Below, piece by piece: positions 43,041-58,529 of a stretch of DNA of 124,000 bases. Origin of the DNA: Octopus vulgaris (taxonomy: Eukaryota); assembly GCA_951406725.2 (NCBI GenBank), contig OX597825.1:14900001-15024000 (forward strand), written 5' to 3'. The stretch's first letter is position 1, and each line of letters starts with the position of its first letter. Made by a program: the position numbers and the translations under genes. The notes under the pieces are model-generated. The model was not told the DNA's origin, did no database searches, and worked only from the letters and a program-made list of their open reading frames with translations.

Positions 43041-43099
43041 TACATACACACATACATACATGCATATATATATACATACATACACACATACATACATGC

Positions 43100-43156
<57 letters not shown>

Positions 43157-44697
43157 CATGCTCACTTTCAAACATATGTCCATATGTACGTGTGCGCGTG
43201 CCTGTGTGTTTATACAAGCGTATGAATATTTATGAGTATGTGTTCCTGTGTGCCTCCATGTGTGTGTATCCACTTAAGTGCACATGTATATTGTATATCC
43301 TTTTATGTGTACACACATAATATTGTATAAGTCAGACAGTATTTACTGCCATAGAAATCTCTGATACTGAGACTTCTGAAACGAATTTTATTAGCAATTC
43401 ATGCTTATCCATCTCATTGAAAAAAACGGCAGAATTAAAACATGAAACTTATCTCAACAACAAGAATGGGAACTTGAAACGCTCCAATCTTTCCAATGAC
43501 AACTCTAAAGCGAAAACTTTGAATATTTATAGTAAATTTTTGCAAGATGTTCCCATGAATAAATAAATGTAAATACATAGCAAATGAAATGCTTTCATAG
43601 ATGAGGTGCTGCCACAGAGAAATTCGGTAAATTCACTTGTATGTTGATTGATTCTAACCTCAATATCAATTCACATGTCAAATTAATGAAGTGTATTATT
43701 CGATGTGTACTTCAGAATTACAGACTGTTGCAGAGATCGTATGCTTTTCACTAGATTAGTTTTCTCTTAGTTGTTGTGTGGTATTTTCGCTTTGAGCATC
43801 TTTTCATTTAAGAGGATATTTAATATCGATGCATAGGTCAAGATGGCTTAGATATATCAAAGTGTCGATGAAGCATATCGTTAGCATAAAGTAATGAATT
43901 TTCATTGACACGACTTTCTATTATCCTTTTGGCGATAAATAACCAAACTAATTAATTTAGCACATCAAGAAGCTTTAGTCGTAAACTAGACGCGCTGATT
44001 ATGTGCCTAAAATATAGTTCTGGCGACAATAATAAGATCTCAAACACCGAAAGTAGTATCTTCCCACGAGTTATTAGTTATTAGAGTAATTTAATTTAAA
44101 TATGCTTATTTTGCTCTAAAACTGATACTAATTACAAAAAACTGTATTAATTACTAAGCAGTTCTCACTTCTCACTTTCTTCCTTGTTCTTGCTGTTGAT
44201 GACTGAATGATTAAATTTTCTAATTTATGAGGAAAGCAAGCCAAATCGATCTCTTACTCCGTCTCTGAAATGGACGGGATCATATAATTATACAAACGAA
44301 TCCAGTCAAATCAGTATGGCTATGAAAATTCCTACAAAACAGTCAATCATCATACTTTTCTTTCACTTGTTTTAGATTTCCATCTCCGCTGTTGAGAGCA
44401 AATATTTAATGTCAAACATTATAGTATGGAATTGTGGGGGTTTTCTGAGTAAGGGGCGTCCAATGTTCAATAGTAGAGCAATCGAGTTTTTTTTATTATA
44501 CGTCAGCAAAATTGTTAGCAACAAATTCAGCAGAGATCCCTCCTAGTGGTTTGTATTAAAATATGAATACGAGAATACTGTAACGGTATAGATTATGTTG
44601 TATTGGTACATGACCATAGCGAAAGGAAAACTTCGAGATTTGTGCAATATGTTGCTATTGAACAGCTGCTATGTACTTGGAAGGCAATTTCGATTTC

Positions 44698-45117
44698 GAG
44701 GACTTAATAAACGGCAAACTAAATAATATAATGTGCTTAATACAGAGACGCAAAATTTTAGCCAAATAAAACCGTGAAGTGTCTGTAAGGCAATAATCAA
44801 AACGGAGGTTATTTGAAATATGTTTTCACGTATTTTGGGAGATCTTTCATACAAAAACATCTAAAAGAAATGTTGCTAAATGTTATTAAAGTTTATTACG
44901 ATTAGGAGGACTTAATAAACGACAAACTAAATAATATAATGTGCTAAATCTAAATAATATAATGTATTTAATTTTAGCCAAATAAAACCGTGATGTGTGA
45001 CGGTAAGGCAATAATAACAACGTGGAATATTCAAAATATGTTGTCACGTATTTTGGGGATCATTCATACAAAACATCTAAGAGAAATGTTGCTAAATGTT
45101 ATTAAAGTTTATTACGT
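44698..45117. repeat. Diverged tandem duplication, ~205-bp unit x2
   Basis: gaggacttaataaacg.caaactaaataatataatgtgct...gttgctaaatgttattaaagtttattacg occurs at 44698 and 44907. Confidence 0.9.
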
Positions 45118-45605
45118 AATTTTGAATCGTAATAGTAAATAGCTAACAGTAGCCTACTATGTACATTCGTACGGATTTAAAACTTTGATTAAAACCCTTA
45201 TATACGAAAATACATGACAAAAATATCTTCTCTTTGTATCAGATGAATGTTGGCTTAATTAGAAGCCACATAGAAATCAATGGAAGATTATTGTTAACAA
45301 CGTAAATTCATTATAATTAACCAGCTATTTATTTTTTATTTATTTATTCTAAACAAAATTTAAAGCAATCCTGTGAACCAAATGAACTGACTGAATTAGA
45401 GTTTCTACCATCAGTAAATGTTATTTTATAACGATACTTACATTAACTCTAACAAATTTATGCTATTCATTTCCAGAAATTTCTATACAATTCAAAATAC
45501 TAATTTATTTTTTTCAAACAAATTTCCACATGGTATGTAGAAGAATTTGTGTTACATTTTCACTCCAGTAAATCCAAAGCTATTTCTTATTACATTTAGC
45601 AAACC

Positions 45606-45663
<58 letters not shown>

Positions 45664-45884
45664 ATAGCTTTACAGAAATAATATGTATGCATATACGTGT
45701 AGGTGAAACTAGCTCTTAACAAACAGTTCGATATTACGTGCCGTGTTCGTCTAATGTTACGTAAATGTAACATACCACGTTTTAGAAGTTATTATATTGC
45801 TAGTATATTGCAAAGCATTACTTATACACATCTATTGTGTACAAATCGAGACATTGCAATCTCCTGTCTTTGTGATACATATAT

Positions 45885-46337
45885 CCATCTTTCCTTTAAC
45901 TTGAAAATACCCCATTCTCAGAATTGAGGTAGTTTAATGACAAAGAATTCATCAAGGTATCTTTTTACCTCATCCAAGGAATTGAAATTGTTACCATTAA
46001 TACTATTCTGCAGAGACCTGAATAAGTGGAAATCCGAAGGAGCAATATCTGGTGAATATGGAGGGTGGGTTAACACATCCCAGCCGAGCTGCAGCAATTT
46101 TTGCCTGGTTCCCAAAGTAACAAGTGCCGAAAATGAACTTTCTTATCTTCCATTTTATAGGGTTACAGAATTAACACAGGATATAAGAACATAAATCTTC
46201 TTTCACGAAAAGGTAGCTTAAACTGTGCTCTAAAGAGAGGTGTAGTCAAATCCTATTTTATGGCCTCAACCATGTTCTAAAATAAGTCGAAATGTAACCT
46301 ACTATAAATCGACACGAACTTTCCGGACAAACCAATA
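45885..46337 (-). mobile_element. Mariner remnant: transposase C-terminus plus TIR
   Basis: GWDVLTHPPYSPDIAPSDFHLFRSLQN (mariner YSPDLAPSDF motif); TIR aaatcgacacgaactttccggacaaaccaata. Confidence 0.95.
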
Positions 46338-48751
46338 ATTGTGATTTTTGAGTCGACTATTGATATATTCTGTGACAGTAGAAGAGAGAATAAACCTTTT
46401 CAATAGCGCAAACGTTTTCCTGTTTCATTTTCATAATTCACCTTCATAGCTACCATTTTATATATTATTCCTGTGAAAATTGCTTACGCATAATAGTTAC
46501 ATTTATTTGAGTGATGACAGTACCACTATTCATGTGATACAGAAAAACTTAAACTACCATGTAGCAACAATGGCATATATCCATGATGCAATTTGTCTGC
46601 AGAGAAATGTCGCAAAATTTCGTAGAAACACTTTCAAACAAAAGTTATATACTATTATTAAAAGCAGTTAAATGACTTAAATTTATTTTAGATAGTGAAT
46701 GAGACGAGACGAAGCTACGTCAGAGCAGAAACAAAAGAAAAAAGAAATTTGTCTAAGATACCCACAATTTTGACGACAATCAGATATTTAGCTAATTATA
46801 TCGGAGTGGTGGTCAAAATGGTTTTAAGATATTTTAAAATGAATTCGTGTTGACATCATTTCTAATTAAACAAATTAGCAAAACTTTAAAAAAAATTAAC
46901 GATAAAAAAAACACTTTATCATTGTAATAACGGCAGCAGTAATAGCAGAAGAAGCTGCAGCAAGATTAACAAGAACAAAAACAACCAACAATAAAAAGAG
47001 ACAAAACAAAAAAAATCAAGACATTCATCTTTGAAAATGATTCCATATGACAAATGGTAGTCTTCGTAATTCGTGTTTAATTGAGTTTACCATTCAGTAA
47101 TTATTAAAACTGCCACAAAAAAATAAATTAAATAAAACATTTCATTTCATATTTGTTTAGTTGTTGTTGGTTCTACTTCACATATTTTTTTCTTCATTTC
47201 ATTTTTAATCATTTCACTGATTTAGATAATTAATATTTTCCAGAATATTGTTTCCTCCTTCTGTTATAATAATAACAACAACAAAAATAATAGTGATAAA
47301 AATGATATTAATGATAATGATGATGACAATAATAATAATAATTTTAATAATTTTGATAATAATCTTAATAATCTTAACAATGATGATGGTGAGGATGATG
47401 ATGATGGTGACAGTAGCAATACTAGCAACATAAAGAAATTAATATATCAGTAAATAAGTTAAAGAATAAATTACAAATTTATATAAATGTGTAAAGTAGT
47501 ACTTGACAAATGAATGTTGCAAAAGTTATACTCTTCACATATTTTTAGAAAGTAAGATTCAAGAATATATATGTACTTATATATATGCACGCATGCGTTT
47601 ATATTTACATATACATACTGATGAATACTTTTGGCAACACATATACTGCACACCCAAAACACAATCGGTTTATATGCATTTCCATTCATGACGAAGCGAA
47701 TTTTACACGAAGCCAAAAAATTTATAGAAAAGAATGGATTTTCTTTGTACTTATTTCTGAAGTAAACTATGGAACATCATATCCGTCAAATTTATTCAGA
47801 GACCACGAGAAAAATATTTCAAAGCTTCTTTGTTAAAATTGGAGCCTAGACGTATCCTTCATTCTTTAACACAGTAAAATAAATTCATATACATCTAGCT
47901 CCAAATGTTTAACTGTACGCAAGAGGAGGTATAAAGTGAAAGATTAACAACATTTTTTACTATATAACAGCAGGATATATCACATTTCAATAATATTTTA
48001 TGAGATATTTGATATATTTTTGTGCAACCTATACCATTCTCCAAGAGAGCTTATTTTTTTCGTAAACTGTATGTCTCATTAAACGCAAAGATATGATGAC
48101 TATAGAATCATTGAATCTTTAGCCAATTATGTAAAGTGTGGAAGTCATTTACCGTACTGCAATATTTTTTCCATTCATGAGGATTTAGCGCGTTTTATAC
48201 AATATCAGTTACATAAATATATAATTTCGGCCAAGGAATCGAAGGCTTATCAAAGTGTTTCATATATTCCAGCTTTTAATATGTGTTAAGCATACATAGA
48301 GAGAACAGCTGCACTCTGCTCCAAACATTTTAATTATGTAGAAGTATTAGTATAAGAAGCTTGAGTCTGTAAGAGAAAATGTGTTGCATAAAAAAAGAAA
48401 AGCAATTTAGCAATTCTACGAGGACACAAAATTATCCTTGTGTTTTAGCTCAACATGCAGAAGCAATTTCTTTATAGCCAGTAGAATATCTCGAAGGAAG
48501 GTTCTTTAAGATATGTTTCAAAGAAAGTTAATTCTAACAAAAATTTGCCAAGTCGTGCTCGGAGAAACTAATCTTCGAAAAAGTGTCATTTAGCTTCCAG
48601 GTATAGAAATGCATTCCAGAACAATTCCGAACTGCATGGTATCTTATCATTCCCTATATATATATATATATATATTCACCTTACCCTAATTAAATTATTC
48701 CAAATGACTTGAGATACTCGTTCTGCCTTTGTTTTTATTTTTCCTCTAATG

Positions 48752-48806
<55 letters not shown>

Positions 48807-50654
48807 CATAAGGATATATTGTTCTGCGATAGTCTCTTATGCTAAACGTGATCATTGAATATTTACAACATAAGAACTCCGCACATAAAAGATACATGAC
48901 CTCTGATGAACTCCCTCAACACACAATACGTGGCGTCATTCTTAAACGCCAGAATCTGCCGAGACTTCTGTGTCTAGACCAGTAATATGGGTTGTAATCG
49001 CGGGTCTATCGCCTTTTTCGTAAATAAATGTCATATATTTATGATCGTATTCAGAGAACCCAGAAACAAATGACTCAAACGGACTCGTCCTATGACGGTT
49101 TCAAATAGCTGCTTATATTCTGCTATAAACTTAAATATAACTCTACACATAAATTCGTTATATATATATATATATATATCAATTATGCTAGCTATTATTT
49201 TATGTGGAAGTTGTCTAATAGTTTTAGATAGCCTACATCATTTAACTCTCATCAGAGAGATGAAGTAAGATCAAAGCGTTAGTCGTGACAAAGGTAATAA
49301 AGCTTCCATTCGCCTCACATCTTTATTACAATGAACTCAATTATGCGAAAGCCTCTCAATGGTATTCGCAAAAATTGATAAAGATGTAGACTTTACAGAA
49401 TTTGCACATTTAGCGCCATTCCAGGTTTCAAGGAATAATTAATCCTAACTGCAATTCAGAAATATTCTTACAGCATGGATATTAACGAACTAAGCCTTCT
49501 ATGTTTAATACCGTCTGTTGATTGAAAGCCGTTTGTTGTTTACAGAGGATCATGAGATTGTAGGTAGTTGACTCTTATTCTGGTATGTTTGAAAATTTCC
49601 TAATGGATTTCTTTCATTGCTCGTATCACTTGAAATGATTACATACCTTAAAACCAAATGCGTGTTTAGAGTGGAATCAAAAAATACATTGTTTTCATAT
49701 TTGGCTTCCAATTGTGGCCTATGAGTAATTATGTGCTCACATATGTAATATATTGATGAAAGTTTGTAAACAGAAAATATATGCTGCTGTAATCTAAAAA
49801 CTCTGCAGATCGAAAGATGAGCTTGGAAATAAAATCGTGGTTTCTTTTCGTCTCTAAACGAAAAAGCCAAAAAAAAACCAAAAAACAATAAATGTGTGAG
49901 AAATTTGCAAAAATGTCCCCTTGCTAACCAAATATACAACACTCCTCTGTATGCATACAAACATACACACCCACTCACACATATATATTTATATACGTGT
50001 GTGTATGTGCGTGTGAAAATGGACGCTTATCATTCAGTCATGGCACTAGGTGGATATATGAAGATCAAAATTTAGTTTCTGGCGAGCAATGCTAGCATTC
50101 ATCACTAATTTGGTTCTCGACCAAACTAAATGCGGTTTTTTTATAGTAATGGCAGTTCAGTCTTCAGTCACAGTTTGAGATAAAATAATTGATGTTTGCT
50201 TCTTCAAATGTTAGGTCAAAATACCTGAGATGACAAATAGGAGATTAAGGCAAGAGAACTGATTTTGAACCAAAATACCTCGGTTATTTTTAAAAAAAAA
50301 ACAAGCATAGATTAATTGGATTTAAAAGAATATGCTCATTGAGATGAATGATTAGGAGAAAGTCGCATTAAAATGTATTAGGAAAAAGTTGTGTGGCTTA
50401 AGTGACAAAACAAAATTGTTAGTTAACCCTCCCCCTATCGATTTTCAATATTCCAGTTTTTGTTAAAGAGCTCTATGCAAATCATGTGATCAAATGAAAG
50501 GAATCTATGAGATGAATCTTTCGGGGAAAACCTCTCTCCTAGAAATAGTAGCTACAAAAAGAAGTGGTGTGTCTTTAAGTAACGAAGATAATGGTGATCA
50601 TCAACATATTTTTGTAATTTTAAGATATTTAGCACTACAAAAGATAGCGTCCGA

Positions 50655-50800
50655 TGTAATGGGTCACTTAGTTTAATGGTGCAGCGCGCTCATCCGATGT
50701 TTGCAAGGTCCGTTGTTCGATATTCTATACCGGAAAAGGTGGTACCCGATGTTATGGATCACTTAGTTTAATGGTACAGCGCGCTTGACCGGAGTTTGTT
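50655..50800 (+). mobile_element. Duplicated tRNA-like SINE head fragment
   Basis: g.tcacttagttt(t)aatggt.cagcgcgct occurs twice (50663 and 50757); B-box-like gttcgata follows the first copy. Confidence 0.45.
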
Positions 50801-51497
50801 AAGAAATGTTAAGAAATGAAAATATTTTGCTATATCACTAAAAAGATAATAATACTCAAATGAAAGTCTTCAATCAGACATCGAGATATTTTTATGCCTT
50901 GTACATATAGAAGATTTTTTCTCTATAACAGTTATAGAGAAAACACTTTCTAAATGTATAAGGCATAAATACATTCATATTTTTTGCGATTTCTTATTAA
51001 TCTATATTAATTTGCTTTTGTATTAAGATATATATATACATATAAAAAACATTAAACTTCTATACAAAAATCACTCACTAAAAACGCTAATTATTAATTA
51101 ACGGTATTATATAACAAAAGTTGTGTTAAAATGTGTGTATTTGTTAATGATATGCTGCCATTAATCCTTTGCTACATTTATGTGCAAAATCAATTTGTAG
51201 ATTTCAACAAAATCTGTATTTAGAAACATCATTTTTTTTTCAATTATAAAAGTAAATGTAAATAATTATCATAATAGAAACACTGCCGCCTGGATAAAAA
51301 TGGATAAATGCGGGAGCAGAATCCTAGAATACTCTTAAGTGCTGAACCTAAAAAATTTCAGATCAAACAGTAACTTATGCCAGGACACGAAGAAAGTTCA
51401 CTACTTGAAAATATTCTACGATTCTTCGCCCTCATTTTTCATTCTAGTTTTATTTATATATGTTTTGTATGTATTTGTATACATAAATAAATAAATG

Positions 51498-51738
51498 CGC
51501 CCTTTTTAAAGTCTAGCCAGATTCATGGGCCCGGTTTCCCATTTTCAACGGTGTTACTCAGCTGGACGGGACGCCAGTCCATCGCAGTGTTACCCATTTT
51601 TGCCAGCTGAGTGGACTGGAGGAACTTGAAATAAATTGTTTTGCTCAAGAACACAACGCGTCGCCCCGCCCAGGAATCAAAACCACAATCTTACGATCAT
51701 GATGCTGACACCCTAACCACTATGCCACGCGCCTCCAC
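51498..51738 (-). mobile_element. tRNA-derived SINE, M centre plus T2 tail
   Basis: Head gtggaggcgcgtggcatagtggttaggg; centre ttgtgttcttgagcaa; tail gactggcgtcccgtccag...gggcccatgaatctggctag. Confidence 0.85.
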
Positions 51739-53719
51739 AAAAAATTATGTTATATCGTTATAGCAACAAAGTCACTAACGAGTTTCCATGTGCTTGAAAA
51801 CCTAGATATAGAAAGACCATGTCCCTCAAATATAAACAGTTTATACACACTCCCAACACACATATATGTATATATATATATACCTATGTATGCATATATA
51901 TGTATACGTGTATATAAATATACAAACCATTACATGGAGAGGTCATCATTCGTTTTACGACTGTTTAATGTTGTTGTATAAGAGGTGTTAGCCTGGAAAC
52001 AATACAAGATGTCTATTTGTAAGAAATCTGCGGCAAATGATTTGGAACTGTCATACAGGGAGAGCAGTGGATACGATAAAGGAACAAACTATTGCTGAGA
52101 ATTTTTCGCAACGTACTTATATTAAATGCTAAATACATTGGTAGGCATTGTTTTCACTCTTGCATATAAAATAATTAGTTATAATTGTTCGTAGTTAAGC
52201 ATTTAATGCATCCTGCATTGCATATTTTCTCAGTAACCTAATTTATCAAATTTTGAATTGGTCACAGTAACTTTGTAAATGTGATTATACTATAAAATAT
52301 ATACTGTCCACAGTTAGACATTGTTTCCACACGCAAGTATTTCCCGGAGAAATTAATGAATAGGGATCCATTCGTTATGTTTCATACATCTATAAAATAA
52401 ATGAATTATGTAGCATATAAATGAGATCTAATTACATCATACAAAATTAAATAAAAACAATTCGATGCATCTACTATTGTTGGAAACAGCGACTACAGTA
52501 AATGTATTTGCCACGCTTACTAACATTGGTCAACCTCCATTTAAGACCGCCGTCCTGTGGACATCCCATGTATCTCAAATTCATCTAATTTCACAGGATT
52601 TAAGATACTTACATTTAAATGTCGTCCTAGAACACAGGCACACACATACACACACAAGCATTTATATATGAATGCACACATATTTATACAGAATATGGGA
52701 GTGTAGTTCACTGTTGATCTGAATGCGTACACAAATACATAACTACGTACATACTTAGAGTTGCACTCCCTTTTTATCGGAGAATTACGTAAAATGAAAC
52801 AACCCTTTTCATAAAAGAATTACGTAAAATGAAACATTTACTGTTGTCGTACGAATTTACGTATATAGAACTTATGTAACATTATGATAACAATTGCAGG
52901 TTTCCATTCAAGTCGGTTATGATCATATTGTAAGTGTAAATTGCCAGAGGATATCTTGGAATTGACATTTGCTATGAATCTGTAGTGCAGATGTGGAAAA
53001 ATGATTTTCTCGTTTCTAATGAAGGCAATAAAAGAGAATGAATCAAAAGATGACTCTACGGAGAATAAGGAAAGTAGAAATAAAATTTCAGTGAAATCGC
53101 GAAAAAATTCAGTATAAGTCCCTTTGTGGAAAACCTGAATAAAGATAGGATTCTATTTCTGTAGAGCAGTAATCTTAAATATATGCTATTATTGACATCG
53201 ACATCTTACTCCGCCATCGGTTCCCCAGTATGTTAATGCATTCTATTCTGCTACTCTTTTCTTTCGTATTCCTACTCCTGATAATCTTGCATGAACAACA
53301 GAATCTTCATATACTTATTTATATCTTTAATTGTTAGTTGCCTTGTTCGGTTTCTTCTTTTTCATCTCTTTCTTCGTCTTCCCTTTTTTGTTCATCACTT
53401 CATCATCATCATCATTATCATCACCAATAAAAATATCACTGTCATCATCAGAAGCAGTAACTTCTACTTCATCGTTTTGTTCTTCATCTTCGTCTCCGCC
53501 ACTCCTCCGTTCCTTCTTGTTCTTTCTTCATACGCTTTCATATTTCGCAATATGAATAGAATCACGTTCGATAGAATTATTTTTTTTAAAATCGGAATTA
53601 ATATTTCAGAACATGCATTCCTTAGTTTTATACACTGGCGTGTCATCATTTTAAGGGTTAGTTCATCGTTATCATACCCATCGCTATTACGACTGCCATC
53701 ACCGCAGCACTGTTTAAAA

Positions 53720-54215
53720 TTGGGTTGTCCAGAAAGTTCATGCCGATTTATGGAAGCTTACTTTTCGACTTATTTTAGAACATGTTTGCGTCCATAAAAC
53801 ATGATTTGACTACACCTCCATTTAGAGCACAGTTTAAGCTATCTTTTCATGGAAGAAGGTTTATGTTCCTATAACCTGTGTTAATTCCGTAACCCTTTTC
53901 GGCGCTTGATGCTTTTCTTTTTCCGTTAAGGGGAAAATGCCTCACAAGCAACCAAAGAAATATGCGCAGTTTACGGTGATGTTTCTTTATCCGAACGACC
54001 TGTACGGAAGTGGTTCGCAAGGTTCCGAGCTGGAGATTGTAGCCTTATTGATAAAGTGCAATCAGGCAGACCATCCACTACAGCTGATGACTAAATTGAG
54101 AATAACCCACATTGCACAACCCGAGAGTTGGCAGAAAGCCTCAACCTATCAAAATCAGTTGTTCATGAGCACTTGGTAAAGCTTGGGTAATGGCAAGTAT
54201 TTATTGACCTTTTTC
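53720..54215 (+). mobile_element. Mariner remnant: 5' TIR plus transposase N-terminal HTH region
   Basis: TIR ttgggttgtccagaaagttcatgccgattt; translation GENASQATKEICAVYGDVSLSERPVRKWFARFRAGD...SGRP...TTRELAESLNLS...VHEHL. Confidence 0.9.
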
Positions 54216-55150
54216 TCTGTGTGTATGTGTGTTTGTTTGTGTGTATGTTTGTTTTGTGTATGTGTGTGGAAAAACTAATGCCTCGATAATTGAACAATGT
54301 GATTTATTTTTGAATGTACCAAGTTCTGTTTAACTATTATAATTTACATCATCTTTAAATTCTGCGATATAATATTTATGACTTCATTTTATATTTCGGG
54401 TTTCAATATGTAAGATATAATGCATACGAGAAGGCTAATTATCGGAGAGGCGTTAATCTTTCGGTGATATTGTGGTTAAAAGATTCAAATATCTTCATTT
54501 CTAATGCAAGATGTGCATTCATTCCTGAATGCCCTAGTGACATCTCTACAAGTTTTGTACTCGATAAATGTGTCTTTGTTAGCAAGTTGTGCTACTTATT
54601 TGCTTTGCTAGAGGACAAGCGTTCGTTTGACATTGGCCATTGTTGTAAGAATTCCTTTCAGGTTTACTTTGAATTGGAAAAATTGTATACGAACGAATGA
54701 CAAAGTAATAAATCTGACGAAATTTGAATGAAGGTTATTGTTAATGAACATAAATTTACGTTAGAGAATTGCAGGCAAAACGGCAATAAGTGAAAGCAAA
54801 TTACATCGCATTATCTATACAATGTAAAGAAATAACTGTTTACGATTTTTGCGGCTATTTGTTTAAATACGGAATACGAATAATATACGTCAACGTTTAG
54901 AATCATGATTCGTAAATGCTGTTCAAATTACGGCCTTAGAAATATAGACAATAATCTAGAGACTTATAGAATGAGAAAGCGCGGAAGAGTGAGAAAAATA
55001 GGTAAAATGAGGTAAAATATATTTCAATGAATGATAAGATACACTTTTGATATCAACATTTGACCAACGTGTAAGGCCCAATAGCTCTGTTATATGAGAT
55101 CTATATTACACATGCACACCAGCATACATATGTAAATATATACACAAATA

Positions 55151-55192
<42 letters not shown>

Positions 55193-55219
55193 TGTCTGTA
55201 TGTCTGTATGTACACAAAC

Positions 55220-55300
<81 letters not shown>

Positions 55301-55871
55301 TAGAGAAGGAGAGAAGAGAGAGAGATGTTTGTATGTATATATATATATCTATATGTTTGTGTAAATACAGACATATATCACACACACACACACACACGCA
55401 CACACACACAAACACACATATTCAACGGGGTTTTTTCATAAACGAATGGGAGGCAGGTTATCTTTTTTGACCCTGAGTAATTGTGGAAACCACTGACGAG
55501 AAACATGATCTTATTGATCAAATTTAGAATTCACGTTAAAAGGTTTTATCAAAGTACTTCGTTCTGGGAGTGTATCTCGCCAAAGAAAGACGTTGTGGCT
55601 TGCTGTTTGCCGTTCCGACTACTTCATGAGGTTAGCGCTTTTATGCAGCTACTCAAGTTTAATTTTGGCTCACATTTATTAATTTTACCTGTTTGCTTTT
55701 AACTGCTATAGACACCTTTATTGTAATACATCTTAATATTATATTATATCTTATTGTAAATATATATATATACATATATATATATATACATACATACATA
55801 TATATATATAAACATATATATATATATATATACATACATACATACATATGTATGTATATATATATACATAC

Positions 55872-55902
<31 letters not shown>

Positions 55903-56653
55903 CACATATATATATGCACATATATATATTCACACATATATATACACATATATACACACACGCACACATATATATATATAAATACATATATATACACACA
56001 CACATATATACATATATACATACACACATATATATAGATATGTGTATATATATATATTTATTTATATATATATAAGTGTGTACCGATGCATTTGTGTGTG
56101 TGAGTGCGTGTGTTTGCATGCGTGAGTGAGTCAGTAGCTTCCTTTTCTTGATGTAAACAAAAGTGACTCAGTTATATCAAGTGGACAAAAAAACTGATGT
56201 CCTCGTGTCATAAATTCAGCTTTTACTCTGATGAATACGACACACACCAGTACACTCTAAATGGTTGTTGGCTGAAGCTTTTGACGAGAATAAAAGTTCT
56301 ATAGGGGAAGTGACTCTGACACCAAACATAGAGGAGTGCACGTGAACTTCCGACGCAGAAGGACGAATCTAATCAAATATTTGTAGTTGTGAAATTGCCC
56401 GCCTTGAGCACAAGAACGATAATTATATTTTTCCCTTCGACACTCTATGAGAACTGATTTCCAAGCTGCGATTAAATCTATCCGATCTTGTTTTGAAGTG
56501 AACGCCGAAAGTTTTAATTTAATGTCCAAAACTGTTTGAAGAAAACAATTACTTGTTTGCGTTGCGATATAAAAGGGAATTATTACTGATAGACATACAT
56601 ATATGGAGGAGGCTCTTATAGCCATAAATATATGCATCTAGACACATATGTTA

Positions 56654-56688
<35 letters not shown>

Positions 56689-56709
56689 AACGGTTTTGTT
56701 AGGCAGTAC

Positions 56710-57240
56710 CGGTTTTTATAATTCTGTCAATAATAATAATAATAATATTTTATAAGCTTAAAGCTTGTAGCGATCACTGCGCAATGACTAAAGAAAATAG
56801 TCTAATAATAGGGCATATAAGCACTCGAGAGAGAAAAAAGGAAACTTTTCACAAACACTTAGGTCTCGAATTCAGATCTCTCTTAACACAACTGAGTCTG
56901 CTACCGATTACACTAACGAACCTACCTGTTAGTTTCTATGCTTAAGAACTACAATTAAGAACTATAATTAGTTCGTAGTTCTTTTTGTAAACATACTTTC
57001 ATGTGCTTTTTTACTGCGAATGATTGTGTTAAGCAGTGCTGATTTTAACAATTCTGTCAATAATAAAAATAGTATTTTATAAGCTTAAAGCTTATAGCGG
57101 CCACCGCGCAATGACTAAAGAAAATGGCCTAATAATGGGGAATATAAACCTTCGACAGATGAAAATATGTCTTCCCGTACGCGTGGGTATCGAACACACA
57201 ATCCTCTATTTTCGCAACTGAGTGCCCAATCAGATACCAA
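56710..57240 (-). mobile_element. Two tandem copies of an older tRNA-headed SINE
   Basis: ttctgtcaataata...ttataagcttaaagctt.tagcg...gcgcaatgactaaagaaaat occurs at ~56722 and ~57052; minus-strand head tagtgtaatcggtagca...gaattcgagacc. Confidence 0.6.
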
Positions 57241-58529
57241 TTATAGTTCTTAAATCTGACAGCAAAAATTAGGTAGGTTCGCAAGTGCAGTTTTTCTGTG
57301 GAGGGCTTATATGCCCCATTATTTGTATAATTTTCTAATTTATTCCGCTGTGATCGCTATATGCTTTAAGCTTATAACATTCTATAACTTAAATATGTAG
57401 TTGAATAATAAAAAGAGATCTTCGTACATTATAATATATTTGAAAAAAATGAGTAGAGATGACATTTTGGGGTGGGTAATTTTTACTTTACTGGTAATGT
57501 TTACAGTTACTCTAATGAGTTTCGAGCTTTTCGATAGCGGCTTTCAAACTGAAATTCTGTAGTTTAGAAGTTTGTTTATATAGGAAAAGATTTTTCTCTC
57601 ACAAGTATACGTATAAAAATGAAAAATAGAAAATAAAAAATAGATATAAAAACTAATAGAAAGGTAATAAAATACACAAAACGTAATACAACTGCATGTG
57701 GGAAAAAGAAGAAAGAAGAAAAAAGTAAAATAGAAATAGGAGAAAGTTAAGAAGATAAAAAACGTAGTTGAAAATGTTAATGAGAAGAGATTAGTCTATC
57801 AGGAATAAAGAAATGGAATAATTTTAAGAGAGTGGTCAGAAATGTTGTTGAGTTCTTCTCAAAAGACGATACATAAAATGTGTACTTACCTTCCACCGTT
57901 TTCTTTTTCCCTTTGTCCTTTTTCTTTTTTTGCCTCTTTCTTCTTTTTTCGCACATTCTGTTTTATTTATTGTTTGCATTATTTGCAATCTAATCAAATA
58001 CCATCGTTGGAATGGGATAAAAGAACCTGTGGAAGACCCAAAGGAAGCAGCCTTTTAGCGAAAATAATAACAGATACGAAATTTTACTGCCATACACAGC
58101 TCAGTTTCTCCTAAGCACGAAGTCTCGGGGAAACATGTGTGAAACACACACGCGAAATCAAAATCAGAAAGTTTACAAATTATAAAATATAAATGGAACA
58201 AAACAGTAATTACATAAATTGATTCATTACGCATACACCAGAATGTCAGCATAATCGTATATAAAATTTGATATCCATAGAACTACACATACTTCCCAAT
58301 GTTTGCACAACTACGTTAAATTTACAGGACTCACATACACGCATATGAAAACACGTGGAACAAACAAAGCAAGGAAAAATAAAATAAAAATACATTTTTA
58401 TTTTTCGAAATGACACAGAGTGAACAATTCATAACTTTAAAAGCACCACAAAAATTGTGCAATTCCTTAATGACATCAGGATGTAATATGGCGTCGATAA
58501 ATGAACAAAAGCCACCTTTATCAAAGGTA

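Noticed and set aside
48895-48960. CTGATGA followed by taaacgcc as a hammerhead
   Set aside because: GAAA and the NUH triplet are absent and stem I does not pair.
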